A stretch of 63,833 nucleotides of DNA, the filler included, from Bipalium vagum (Eukaryota), in NCBI GenBank assembly GCA_037834085.1. It is 3 parts of 3 records of this genome, joined end to end, with 100 filler letters (N's around TTAATTAATTAA, not from the genome) between each part and the next. Parts side by side here need not be neighbours in the genome. Positions count along the whole stretch, not along the records: positions 29,717 to 48,168 come from JBBMKC010028916.1; positions 48,269 to 63,833 come from JBBMKC010159427.1; 1 more part is not named here. One strand, 5' to 3'. The notes under the pieces are model-generated. The model saw only the letters and a program-made list of their open reading frames with translations, was not told where the DNA came from and did not search any database. Both the position numbers and the translations under genes were made by a program. Positions within the stretch are counted from its first letter, which is position 1. Each line of letters begins with the position of its first letter. Shown piece after piece: positions 41,801-55,117 of this stretch.

Positions 41801-44800
41801 GACCTAGGTGACCTGAAAAGGACCTCGAGAACGACTCCGGAACCTCTTTTCGCTCCTGACGAGTTTGTGTTAATTCCATTTTATTTCTCTTTTTGTGACT
41901 TGATTATTTCTCATAAATGTTTTTAATTAAATAATTTTTTTTAAATTCTCACAATTTTTTTCATTATTACATTTATTCATTTGTTTGATATTAAGGAAAT
42001 TGATTTGTTATATTTTTATTGACATTTGATCAGTGATCAGACCAGGGTTCGTGGTTTTTAGACACTTGATTAGTTGACAAATTTTGATTTTTGTATGATT
42101 TGTTTTGTTAGTTCTCTTGATGATGTCAAAACGGTACGAAAGAGGTATTTCAAGTCCAGTAAGAAAATGTTTACAAAGATGGCATAGAAAATCCTGCTTT
42201 AAGTTGGGAGACAGTTGTTGAAAATGATGGTAACTATGTTATTACTTTTTATGTCAAAATTTGGCTTTTCAAATTTATTTTTAAAATCGACATTATTTTT
42301 CGGAAAACGTAATATATTATGATTCAAAAATATCATTTTACACGATTAAAGTACTTCGTAATCCTTTATTTAAACAAACAAATGCTCTGTAAAAATTTTC
42401 AATTTTCAGATATTGATGTGAAAAATATTTTGCAAATTTTCGATTTTTCATTATTTAATTTTACACATTCATTAACCAATGTAATAAATCGTAGAAAAAA
42501 TTGAGTTCATTTTACAGGTATTAAATTCAACATTTAACAAATAGAAATATTCACAAAATAGCTTTATTTTTATTTTATTATTGAATTAAAACAAAATGTA
42601 ATCCAAACCTGCTCTTGGATTTGCGAAATCCCTACAATTATACTCTTTAGAGCTTTTTGGCTTTCGTTCATTATTATTCTCACATGTTGGATTTCCTCCT
42701 TAATTTTCGTATTTCCAGCAGCACAATTAAGCTGATCTGACTGAGCCTTAACCGAAAACAGTTTATCAGTAAAGGAACAAATAATACAAAGTCAATATCC
42801 CCTGGACGAATGTACTTTTCAAAATATAACTCTAATATAAATTTGTTACATATTCCAGTTCCCCTACCAAAATAAGAAAAAAGGAAAGGAAAATAATTTT
42901 AGTCCAGTCAGAATAGAAATAACAAATAGATTTAATTAATTAATTGAAAAAATATTACTTATTTAGTGTAGGTTTTATCACACATTCGGTGCTAAAACTT
43001 TCAAAAAGTTTTCATCATTAAAGGGGTCTTTAATGGTACAAAATGTCTGAGTTATTTATGAATAACTTTGTAAAGCTAATAAAACCGGTTGACCTATTGA
43101 CTAACAACGATGATTGTATAAGAAAATTCTATTCCAAAAAATCTCTCCCAGAGAAGTTTATTTTAATATATTATTTTATTTATAAATATTAATTTAAAAG
43201 GTGTACTTACTTTAAAAGTCTACTTGTAACAAAGGTTAATGATTATAAATGTAACATTTTTGACGACGTTCAAATAATTACTGGCAAAAAAATTGACTAA
43301 TTTTTAGATCATTTTATGTTATATTTAATTTCTATACTATTGATTGAGTCCTTGCCTTTAACCGTTTTACTTTGAAAATATTTCACGGGCACTCTAAATC
43401 CATGTTTTACTGTTTCGACAAATAATCTGGATTATATTGAAAAGTTCAAAATTCCGGCTTCTCTCATTAATGGTATTATTTATTAATGGTTTCATTTCAA
43501 AAAAGATTTGAAATATTCATAACTTTATTCATTATTAATAATGAGGAAAGATCAATAATTTTGAAAAAGATTTAAAATGTAAATTTTATGTGATTGATAT
43601 TAAAATGTGTTTTTTACTAATTAATGATAATAATTTAATTTTAATACAACAGTTTTGATTTTTATTAATTATTGGACCTTATACAATAATATTTACTTAT
43701 TATACATATATTTTTGTTAAATTTAGAATAAAATGCCTCATGTCATTGATTTGTTTTAATATATTAATTTTATAATTAAAATTTATTTAATTTTCAAATA
43801 TTTGATTTTTATACGGCTCTCTTTTGATTGTTTAGGTAATTTAAACGTAGTGTAACATTTTAGTAATAGTGTAATCAAATAAAAAGTAATATCTTTAAAA
43901 TGATACCTACCTTTAATGATACCTTTCACATGATTACTTTTACAAAATATACTTTTATATTATGAATAATAGCTTAAACTATTTATCAATGAAGATTAGT
44001 TATGATTTATTTGATGATTTTAAACAAACATTTTAATTAAATTTAATTCATTTTTTATCCTTTAAAAATTAACATAACTATTGTTACTTAAAATGGTTCA
44101 ACAGTGAATGTTTTTTGCGTGCGTAAATTGATATTTTTCTGGATTAATTTGCTGGTTAATGTCCTTAAATGGAAAAAATTAAAATGTTCTTCTACTTTGG
44201 ACTATCATTATCGATTATCCATTTTCATGTAGGTAGTTGCCTTCTGGTCAGTTTCAAGCAGGAGGCAATGTCAAGCTGATTTATTTTAAATGATACATTC
44301 CATTTTGCAGTTTTTTACATGGAGTATAGTGCATATCTCTTATAATATTTATAAAGTTCTTTTTTATATCTAATTTAAATATTTTAATAAGTCCAAAGAT
44401 ATAAGTGAATTTCGTTTACCTGAAGATTTTGTAATCGCATGTCCAAAATTTTTTGAGATCTTTGAATGTTGTCTAATTGTGGAAGGGTGATGACTTGAAT
44501 CTTTGCAGACCCAGGATTCGGAGGGCATTGGTTTGACTGTGAACTTATATGGTGTACATGATCATCATGAGAAGCCATATTGATTCCACACTTCATTTGG
44601 CCTACCATAGTATTCCTTCGATTTGAGGTTGAATGGCGGGTCAAAGACTGATTATGACTTAGATTATTTGCGTCTTCTCTTGAGGTATTGTCATGAGCTG
44701 TATAAAATGCAATCAGGAATTAAAATTTTTTATAAAGATTATCTTATAGAATATATTTTACATTTTCTGGTTTTAGGGACAGTATTGTCTATTTTTATGA

Positions 44801-47627
44801 AAGACCTATTTCTGTTTTATTTTGAATAAAATAAAATTAAGACTTATTTATTTTATTAATTACAAGGTTTTCGAGACAAATCTGGAATTTTGCGTATAAC
44901 ATCGTAAAATGAACGAATTAATAAGTGTATTTACATAAAAATTGGTATACAGCAATTTGAAGGTTTACACAATAAGTTTACATAATAAGTCCACAAATAA
45001 TTTTAGGCTGAACTAAAACCTGTAATGACTTGATATCGCTGTGAGGTTTCTTGACCTGTTTGAACTACGTACTTTATCGAGGGAATCGAAGTTAGGAATA
45101 CAAGGTCACAAATCTGTTGACCAATGGTAGGTTAGCTTTTCATAAAACCATGTCTGAACTTCATTTGCTTTATGATCCGAAGTAGATATTATTATAATAA
45201 ATAATTTTTTCCTCAAACTATCTTATCGATTCAAGGCTTCACAACCGTCTTTAGTCTTTTCTTTGAATCAAAGACATAGAAAAAGTGAAGACACTTAATA
45301 TCACATTCAATACAATGACAAATGCTGAAAACGTAAAATGTATGATCGACTGAACATCAAAAGCATGCTTGTAGATTTAGCTGTCATTTTACCGATTGAA
45401 TTGCGTTCTTGAAAGAAATATTTTCATCAGGTAAATACTTTAACCGTCCAATTATGGCTTGACTTTTCCTTTTCTATCAAGATATATTTTCCTCGAGTGA
45501 CAAAAGATCTATAGTTTAAATCTTTCTTTATTGAGACACTGACTATTGACTTGGCCACGTTCACATTATTTTCCACGTCAGGCATATTCTTGGAGTCATC
45601 AATATTAACCTCCTACCTTAAATTTACTGTGAATTTTTTTTTCAATTTTTAGTTATAAAGTTTGGGGTTATGGTTTTTTGAATTTTGATTATTTTTACCA
45701 TCATCCTTTTAAACACATCCTAGAACTGTTGATTTTATATTTTATTTTGAAATCATTTAAAATTATATTTCCTTTTCCAAAATTAATATTAACGACAAAT
45801 TATCTTAGATAAACAAATGAAGGTTTGACTGATTTAAAAAATTTAGATAATCTATGATTTGATTCGATGACACAACGTTGAAAATATTCCCGGTTTATCC
45901 AAACACTCTGCACGTGACGCATGTTTTACGTTCTATCAATAATGAGTAGAAAATTATCAGAGTTTTTGTACCAAAAATTTTTTAAACAGAGAAATCTAAA
46001 GTTAATATGTTCTCAAAAAGATCAATATTTACACTAATATTTAATTCAGTTTCTCAGTAAAGAATTATAATAAATATCATTAAATAATTAAATAAAACGT
46101 GAAATCTGCCAATATTAAAACGTAATATTTAAATTGAATTAATTTTTGAAATAAAAGTGTAAAGGTGAACAAAATTTTTTTGCTAATTTAATTAAATTAT
46201 TTTTAACTGATTCCAAAATTGATTTGAGTATTAATATAATTATTATTAATAATCATAAATTAAAAATAAAATAATATTTATTTAATCGAATTAAAATTCT
46301 GTTTTAAGGAAAAAAAAATTATTTTTACTTTTAAATATGAATAAACAAAAAACCCATTAAATATAGTTAAAAATATGTTTCATAAATCTTAAAAAATTAA
46401 ATTAAAGAATTTTAATAAAATTATACACAAATTATATTAGATAAAATTAATTAAATTTTTTAAAAAAGGAAATAAAATATTTTTACTATTCTCATAATCA
46501 TGAATCAAAATTTATTATGGGTACTTATTTTTTATAATTACCAGACTGTCTGTCAGTAAAGAGTACCATTTGATAAATCTGTTAATTAAATGAAAATTAA
46601 ATTGAAAAAGTAATTTAAGAACTTTTTTAGAAAATAGTTTTTCAATAAAAATTTATTTAAAATATATCTAAATAAAAAAATATATAAAATTAAAAAAAAT
46701 TAATATAATAATAATAAATAATAATAAAAAAATAATAATTAATAATAATAATTAATATTTTAATAAATAATAATAATAATAAAATAAATAAAAATAATAC
46801 TAATAATTTAAAATCAAAATAAATTATGACTTGATAATTAAATAAGATTGGTTTTAAATAAAAATGTTTTAATGAATTTCAGCTGATACCTAAATATTTT
46901 TTATTTATAATAATTAATTATCAAATTTTGTAAAAACTTTTTAAACAATATTTTTTTTAAAAAATTATNNNNNNNNNNNNNNNNNNNNNNNNNNNNNNNN
47001 NNNNNNNNNNNNNNNNNNNNNNNNNNNNNNNNNNNNNNNNNNNNNNNNNNNNNNNNNNNNNNNNNNNNNNNNNNNNNNNNNNNNNNNNNNNNNNNNNNNN
47101 NNNNNNNNNNATAATTTAAAATATAAAAAAATGATGACTTGTTAATTTAATAGGATTGGTTTAAAAAAGCGCTTTAATGTATTTCAGCTGAAACCGAAAT
47201 ATTTTTAATTTTTAATAATTAATTATCAAATTTTGCAAAGTTAGTTCGGGAAATAATAAAAACCGATAAGGGAAGTATTGATAAGATTATCAAAGTTAGT
47301 ATTGTTCAGATTTATAAATATTTTAAAATAAATAAAGAAGTTCATTTCCATTGTACAGCTGGATAAAAATAACCCTTATTAACATCAAAAAAAGATTTTA
47401 TCTATTTTTTCTCTTTCATAAAAAACCGGAATAAGGTTAAAAGAAATTTTTATATTCCCATTTCTTTGTACATAGTATACCTTTCTCACAAAAATATCAA
47501 TGTTGATGAGATCTCAATTTTAGAGTATTATTATTACTATAACGATAATATAAACCCCAAAATAAAAATAAATTTTTGAAACAAAACCCTTTCTTGGTAC
47601 ACATTTGATATTTGCCGTCTCGGACAT
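38810..47627 (-). CDS. Uncharacterised spliced protein with coiled-coil C-terminal half (~204 aa)
   Basis: complement(join(38810..38968,42609..42746,44420..44697,47588..47627)) = 615 nt, GT-AG and phase-consistent. It reads ...KIQVITLPQLDNIQRSQKILDMRLQNLQ|AQSDQLN...IKEEIQHVRIIMNESQKALKSIIVGISQIQEQ|MYMLNNNMEQWFLAQASGQRFQTIVINEKR...*. The three 3' exons are well supported. The 40-nt first exon (MSETANIKCVPRK) is tentative. Confidence 0.7.
40330..40720 (+). mobile_element. Internally deleted Tc1-like relic
   Basis: LSEFERGRVVKLYEM..GFREKDRRLRRKHC (Tc1 N-terminal HTH) followed only ~250 nt later by LRPLLLQLIKTLPGSIFQQDIIRQH. Confidence 0.7.
42115..42313 (+). mobile_element. Mariner 3' end fragment with TIR
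   Basis: Reads LDDVKTV..RYFKS../YKDGIENPALSWETVVENDGNYV, followed by TIR-like AAAATCGACATTATTTTTCGGAAAACGTAATA. Confidence 0.7.
45450..45610 (-). mobile_element. Possible maT/DD37D transposase fragment
   Basis: Reads DDSKNMPDVENNVNVAKSIVSVSIKKDLNYRSFVTRGKYILIEKEK, resembling DP.KSM..LA..LNV..ST....V.EDL.Y.SY. Confidence 0.45.
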
Positions 47628-48168
47628 GACAAGGAAGTCTGGCGACTCGAGAGCGTCTCGAAGCCATCCGTAAGATTACTTACGCAATTTTGAAAATTTA
47701 TGACTTTCTTCAAATTTCTTTCATTTTTTATTTTCTCATATCAATTTTTATCAAAGTCAATCACCCCTTTGCTTGGGATGAGCTGACTTTGGTTCTCATT
47801 TGCATGTTGAATACTTTTATCGGTTAATAAACGACTTTTGTTGATTTTTACATGCTTAATTATTTAGCAACATAAAAAATAATTAATTTCAATTAGTGAA
47901 TTTTGACGATAATAAAATTGAAAAATATATAAAATAGAATTTTTTGTTTTAATACTTGGAATATATTTAATAGGATTTTTCATTAAAAGCCTAATAAAAT
48001 AAAATAAATAAAAACTCAATAATTATAAAAATGTACAATTATTATTACAAAGTATTTCCCTTTCTTAATTTATATCACTGAAATACTTACGACTGTCTCC
48101 GAAAATAATAATATTATCTGCATTTTGACTTAAGCCTTCGTCAGCCCGGATCAGCATTTCTTTTGGCT

Positions 48169-48268
48169 NNNNNNNNNNNNNNNNNNNNNNNNNNNNNNNN
48201 NNNNNNNNNNNNTTAATTAATTAANNNNNNNNNNNNNNNNNNNNNNNNNNNNNNNNNNNNNNNNNNNN
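48169..48268. other. Assembly gap with artificial TTAATTAATTAA linker
   Basis: 44 N + 12-nt linker + 44 N, the same as 29617-29716. Confidence 0.95.
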
Positions 48269-50011
48269 AAATAAATGTATTTTCAATAATAATTTGTTTA
48301 TTCCAGATTCATTTTTTACTAAATCATATGATTTTTATAGGTGTAATCAGACTTTTGCACGAGTGTGTATATATAATTTTATTTTTCGAATATACACCTT
48401 TTATTATATTAATACAAAATTTATTCAAATATATATTTTCATGAAACATGTTTCGAACTTTTATTCTTCAGTTCTTCATCAATCAATGTTTTTGATATTT
48501 ACATTTTAAATCGCTAAGTAACAATATCTAAATATTTAACTTTATATATATATGGAAGGAAATCTTATTCAGGCACAAACCATTCATTATGGAGGTCTAT
48601 TTAAAAACATTCCAACTTTCCGTGCAGTCTAATATATTTATTTTAACAGTATTATTTTATTCAATGTAAAATAATAAATTTCTTAAAAAAATCAAAGAAC
48701 AAAATTAAAATAAAATCTCCAAACGCCAAGCACAAAATATTTATAAATTATATTTTATATATATTTAAAATAAAATTAAGAGAAAAATTACCATTTAATG
48801 ATTTAATAAAAATAATTATTTATATTTTAAAATTTTAATCTAGAAATATTTTCATCATTATTATGATAAATTTTGGCGAAGTTAATATCTAAAATTCTGC
48901 AATTAATGCTCATTAATCCTAAATTATTTTTAATTTGACAGTCAACAATTATTTATTTTATTTATATCAGATTCTTGATCGAATTTTAATTAAATTTATA
49001 AATTAAATTATAACAGGAATTTAATTTAGAATAATTAAAACTTTTTAAAACAAAATATCCATAAATAATAATCATCATTTTGCTAATTATTAATATAAAA
49101 TGCAATTCGATTAATAATTTATTGTTTAAATGAACAAGTTTATAATATTTAATTATTTTATCAAAGTAATTTTTTATAAAAAAAATTTTGAAAAATTAAA
49201 ATAAAATTTGAAAAAAAATCGTTTTTTTAAATAAAATAAATAATTATTTTACAATACGGATTTTATAAAATTAATTTAAAATTAAATAATTTTAAAAATA
49301 AATTAAGAAACTTTTTTAAAAATAAATTTCTTCTTCACTAAACACCAAAAGGTAACCCAAACTTTATCCTGAATGCCATTATTTCAACTAAAACTGATTA
49401 AATGCCCGATTATTGTGGAAAAGTATAAATAAAACCATTTATTTTATATTTAATGGTAAAATCAGACAAAATAAGAATGCGCGCAGAAACAGTAACAACA
49501 TCAACAATTATCAACAAAAACAACAGCAACAAAACCACAGCTTCCATCACTTCCAAAGTTCGGAACAAAACCCAACAACATTCTCAACAGCGTTGGACTG
49601 ATAAAAGGGTACAACTGATGGAATATTTACAAAACATTTTCACATCTTTGGTAATATGAGTCTGATAAAAGTGATTAATGTTCTCGGAATAGATCTTCAA
49701 TGGGAAACGATTTCTCTCTGGAATGTTTGGTTTTGTTTTATGAGACTGAACAAGAGAATTGTTTTGCATTGGACATAAATGTAAATAAAATCACTTTTCA
49801 TAGTTGCGCTAAAAACCATAAAATCAATGAAGGTAGAACATGAGTTCCTGTACATTATTTATGTTTCATTTCTTGATATTTTCAAAATAGACAATATTTG
49901 AATAAAGTTGATTGAGAAATTGAACGGAAGGTATGTTTTCTATATCCGGGGTTGGATTGAGGAAAATCTAGAAAATTTTTTTTAAAAAAAATTACGATTT
50001 TTCCACAAAAT

Positions 50012-50042
<31 letters not shown>

Positions 50043-52719
50043 CACAAAATAAATAAAATCAATAATCATTTTTTCAAGAAAATTATTATTTGAATTATAT
50101 TTGATATTATAAAAACGTCGCTTGGGTTTTTAATTGTATATAATTGTTACTACAATTAACGTTTCAGTGCAGCTCTGCTGTAATTGCTATATCACATATT
50201 TTGGGCCATCGATGTGAAGCATATTCAATATTTTTCTCTGATAATTCTACGGAGCATAATTCACCATAAAAGGTATCAAAATCGGGAAAAAACGCGGTAA
50301 AAATTATCGATCAAAAAACGAGTCTTGAAAATTAGTAACAATTAAATTTTTCTATTATAGATCTGGATTCTCTGAAGAAATAACGATGAATTTTATTATT
50401 TTTTTTTCATTTTATTTTTATTTTTTTTGTGTGGCAATTGATTGAATTTCTATGCAAAACAAAAATCACTGGTTTATTATTATTTATTATAAAACATTGT
50501 GGTATGAGAGATATATTAATCATTGTGCTATGGGAAAATGTATTGGGAAAAATTAAGATTAAAAAATGGGTTTGATTATCACAAATAAGAATCAATTATT
50601 ATTTTTGAGACTTTCTATAGAATAAGAAAACGATTCGTGTGAATTTTATCACCCATAGACTTTGTCGGTGCTCTAAGAACCGCTCGTGTTTGTGTGTTTG
50701 TCGGTTTCTATGGAAGAATGACTTTGAGAAAAGTATGATATTTATAGAAATAGTTTTCACTCATTGAATACAATTAATAAATTGTACAACAGTGCTATTT
50801 ATCAATTATTATTATTTATTTATTCTTGATTTTATTATAAATCTTCTTAAGAAATTTCGATACGTATTTTAACCCTTACTAAATAGGTTTAAAATAAATA
50901 CATAAATAAATGAGAAAGTTTAAATAAATCGTAAATATTAAATTATATTTTATATAAAAAAGGGTAAGTTTAATTATTATGTTATTTTATTTCAAGGCTT
51001 ATAAAATATCAATTTTATTTTGTAAATAAATAATAGTAATAAATTAATATTAATTTTTATAAATAATAATTGTTCATGGTAATTAATAATAATATTTGTT
51101 AATAATAATTATTATTAATAATAAATAATAATAATAATTTATAATAAATTAAATTTATAAATTAATTAATTTTCTATTAAGTTATATTATAATTATCAAA
51201 TTTTTTGAAACGAATATAAAAATATTTCATTTAATAATGTTTTAAAGATAGACATAATAATCTTGAAATAATAAAATAAAATATTTTGAAGACTTAACTA
51301 AAGTATTGTAATAATAATTGTAAAAGAGAAAATATTTTCATTATCGATTTTATTAATTGCTGAATAATTAAAAATTATTTATTATTATTATTATTTATTT
51401 ATTATTATTATTATTGAAATTTATGGAAAAGTACTTAAAATTCATATTTCTACCGGAAAAATCCATTTTTCATTGTAAATTAAAACAAAATCACACTTTT
51501 GACTTCATTTCGGTCATGTTTAAATCATTGTATCTTTTCTATGATTATGGTATATTTCAGAAGTCTATTATTATTATTATTTATATCTGATTTCAATTTA
51601 TTCCATCATTATTGACCTTTCCTATGAATATATACTTAGACAATCATTGAAAGAGAAAAATTTATAATTTTACGCTGAAACGTTTGAAAGAATTATCCTA
51701 CTTATATTTTTTTTCCAATTTCCATAAAACCATAGTCTGAAAGAAGAGGAAAATAATTGATCTGCTCAACAAATAAAAATCGAAAGATATTACTTACTAT
51801 TCATTAATGCTCTTAGACCAATGTTGTCATTAAATAATAAATATGCACCACTATAGATATGGACGGCTTTTATCAAGACTGATGAAAGGTTTATTATTAA
51901 TTAAGATATTAATTCAACATATAAGCGGCAATAAATATTTATGTTACATTATACTGATGACTATGGGTATGAAAGCTGACGAAGCGAAAACAAGGTGAAA
52001 TAAAGTCAAACTGAGTTTTGTTCGTGCGCAACAGGGAAAAAATAATCGCAAATGAAATGGAGAAAATAAAGACTAAAAACACATTGAAGGAAAACAATTA
52101 CGACTGGAGAGAGGCAAAATTGCCAAAGAACCTAAACATAATATTGACTTATAGTGGTCGGTTGAAGTACAATAAACTAATTGAGATTTATGAGTTTATA
52201 TATGATTTTATAACCAGCCGCATTTGATAATAGATTAAGTCAAGATCAAAGTGACCGCTCCTTTGAAGTAATCTATAACACATCCTATAAAATTATTCCA
52301 AAATTCTTAGCGTACGGTGTAAGAATTTCGATCAAAGTAACCACCATTAAACACCGATAATTTTGTCAACTAAATATGCAATCTGATCAATAGATGTTGA
52401 CAGAACAATTCGATCAATAAAACTTTGTTATAAAAAAAAACACATTCGTAATAAATACTATTAGAAAAAGGTCACTTTTTAATGAGGTCATATTGATTTC
52501 ATTAATAATTAATCATCATTTAACAGTAATTAAAATTGATTAATTTTTATTGACGAAATTATTAAAATTATATTTCACAATATTGTATTTAGCTTTTCAT
52601 TTTATTCCTAATTAACAAGATATTTTTATTCGATTTGAATTAAATTTAGCAAAAAAAGAATAATTTTTACGAAAATTTTAATTAATCGAAAAAAAAAAAT
52701 CACTGTTATATTATCTTTT

Positions 52720-52965
52720 TTTATATTTTATTTCAATTAATTAATCAAATAATTATATTGTTTTATTTATAAAATTAAAATTTTAAAAAATTTCTTTTTT
52801 GTCTTTTTATTTTATTTCAATTAATTAATAAAATAAATGAGAAATTTTTTTATTTACAAAATTTAAATTGTAAAAAATTTCTTTTTTTTATTTTTTAAAA
52901 ATTAATTAATAAAATAAATAATGATATATTTTTTTTTGCAAAATTTAAATTGTAAAAAATTTCTT
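52720..52965. repeat. Degenerate AT-rich tandem repeat, ~3 copies of a ~75-80 bp unit
   Basis: AATTAATTAAT(A/C)AAATAA...AAAATT(T/A)AAATT(G/T)TAAAAAATTTCTTT recurs three times. Confidence 0.7.
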
Positions 52966-55075
52966 TAAATTTTAACCATATATTATATTAAAAGAAAATT
53001 TAATTAAGAAAAAGTCGATGAATGTTACAAGAATAAAAAGTTATTATTGAAACAAAATGATATATATTTAAAAATTAATTTTCATTATATAATTGATTCA
53101 CTGCATCATTAATCTAATAAATAAAATATAATACAAAAATGGTTTATATTTCCCAAAAAAATAGTTCACGTAAATGTATTGATGAATTTAGTTTTAACAA
53201 ACTTGACCTATTGATTTCCTGTGGAAATAAAATATTTTATCAATAACTTTCAAAAATTTTGATGATAAAATGTTTAAAAAAATGATGCAAAAATTAATTT
53301 TTTTATTGAGTGTTTCATTATGTAATGAAATATAAAATTGAGAAATAAAATATTTATATCAATAATTTTCAGTGTTTTTCTTTAGCAAATTCTGGGTAAT
53401 TTTAGATCGTTTTAAACCAAATATTTTTTAAAAAGAAAATTCTAAATAAAATGATTTGAAATTTTTCTACACAAAAATATTGTTTAAAAAAGCAGAATTA
53501 TCATATTCAATTTAAACAATTTTGTAGTAATATTGTTGTGAGTATTTAAACTGATTTCTAATTTTTAAATTTTTATATTGTGCCTAATTTAAATTTTGAA
53601 TTAATTGTAAATTTAATTTTAATATTTATTTTAAAGTAATTTTTAATATAGTAATTTATTTAAGAATGGAAAATTTGTTGAAGTATTATTGTTTTAAAAA
53701 GCATTCAAAAATATATTGTTTAAACTATGACTGATTTTGTTGATATCGCAACTAACATGACTACCACATCAGATAATTCTTAGCCGAATCAATCAGGCCT
53801 GACTATTTCGAAGATCAGATGATGTCGATAAGTTTCTAGACTGTGTAAAGATTATTTCAATTTTTATATAATTTGTTACTAAAACGTTTGACATGAAAAT
53901 ATGTCTATCTCAAGAAAAGAAAATATAAAATATAACAAAGTAAAAAAACAATAAAATAAATATAAATATATAAAAGAAATTATTAAATATATCAAAGTAA
54001 ATATAAAATATAAAAATAATAAAGAAAACAAAATATAATATATATAATAATATAATATATAGATATAAAAAGAAATATAACGCCGATGATTAAAGGAAAA
54101 TTAATGCAATAAATTTAAAATATAATATATATCTATTCTATTTTAAATTTAAAGAAATTGTTATAAAAAGAACTCTTCCCAGAAAATAATGAAGATATAT
54201 TATAATATAAATAAATTAAAATAACTTGTAATTAAATATTAATGAAATATTTTTTACCGTTTTAATCGGTTCCATTTGTTACGATAACTCTAAACCATGT
54301 GAGAAAAATAGCTTTACACCATACTTTATATTATTCCATTAAGTCAATTCTGTTTATTATTAATTTGTGTCCATAAACGAGAAAGATGTATTATCTCATA
54401 ACCCGATGTTTGGTAAATATTATTGTAATCATCAAAGATTGAATACAAGAAAACGGATAATATCTAATTAAATATGTATACGAACAAATGCATATACTGA
54501 GATAATGAAATCGCAAGTTTAAATTACGTAATTAAAAGAAAAATTAATTATGATTTTTTATTTTCATTAACCTACGAGGAGTTAATATCGGACTTATTAA
54601 AACAAAAATATTTTCTGAGGAGCAAATAAATAACAACAACAACATCAACAAAAATTAAAGACTTTTTGACATATTATATCTCACTCAAATTTCTTGAAAA
54701 CAAAAGGATTTATGAATTCAATCATCATTGTTGACGTATTAGTTATACGCACGTGTCAGTAATAAAGGGTTCGTCCTTGTCTACGCTACAAAAATGACTG
54801 CCGAAGCGATTTGATAGATTATTCCCCTTGAGATAATTACAATGATTAATGTATTTTCTGTCTTAAATAAATAAATAAATTATATATATATTCTCTTTCT
54901 CTCTCTATTTGAAAGTAACATCTTTCATAAAATATTTACCGGAAAAAATCCTAAAGAATAATTTTGTTTTAATGCGACACCTCTTTAATTTTTTCTCCAA
55001 AAAAAAAACATTAACAATTTTTATTTTATATAAATAATATTTTACGGTTCTGAAAAATTATAACCGACTAATTTA

Positions 55076-55080
<5 letters not shown>

Positions 55081-55113
<33 letters not shown>
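55081..55113. repeat. (AAT)n microsatellite
   Basis: Eleven consecutive AAT units. Confidence 0.9.

Positions 55114-55117
<4 letters not shown>

Noticed and set aside
46803-47240. ~130-bp imperfect direct repeat on both sides of the N gap at 46969-47110
   Set aside because: Most likely overlapping low-quality contig ends or a collapsed repeat. It cannot be interpreted without reads.
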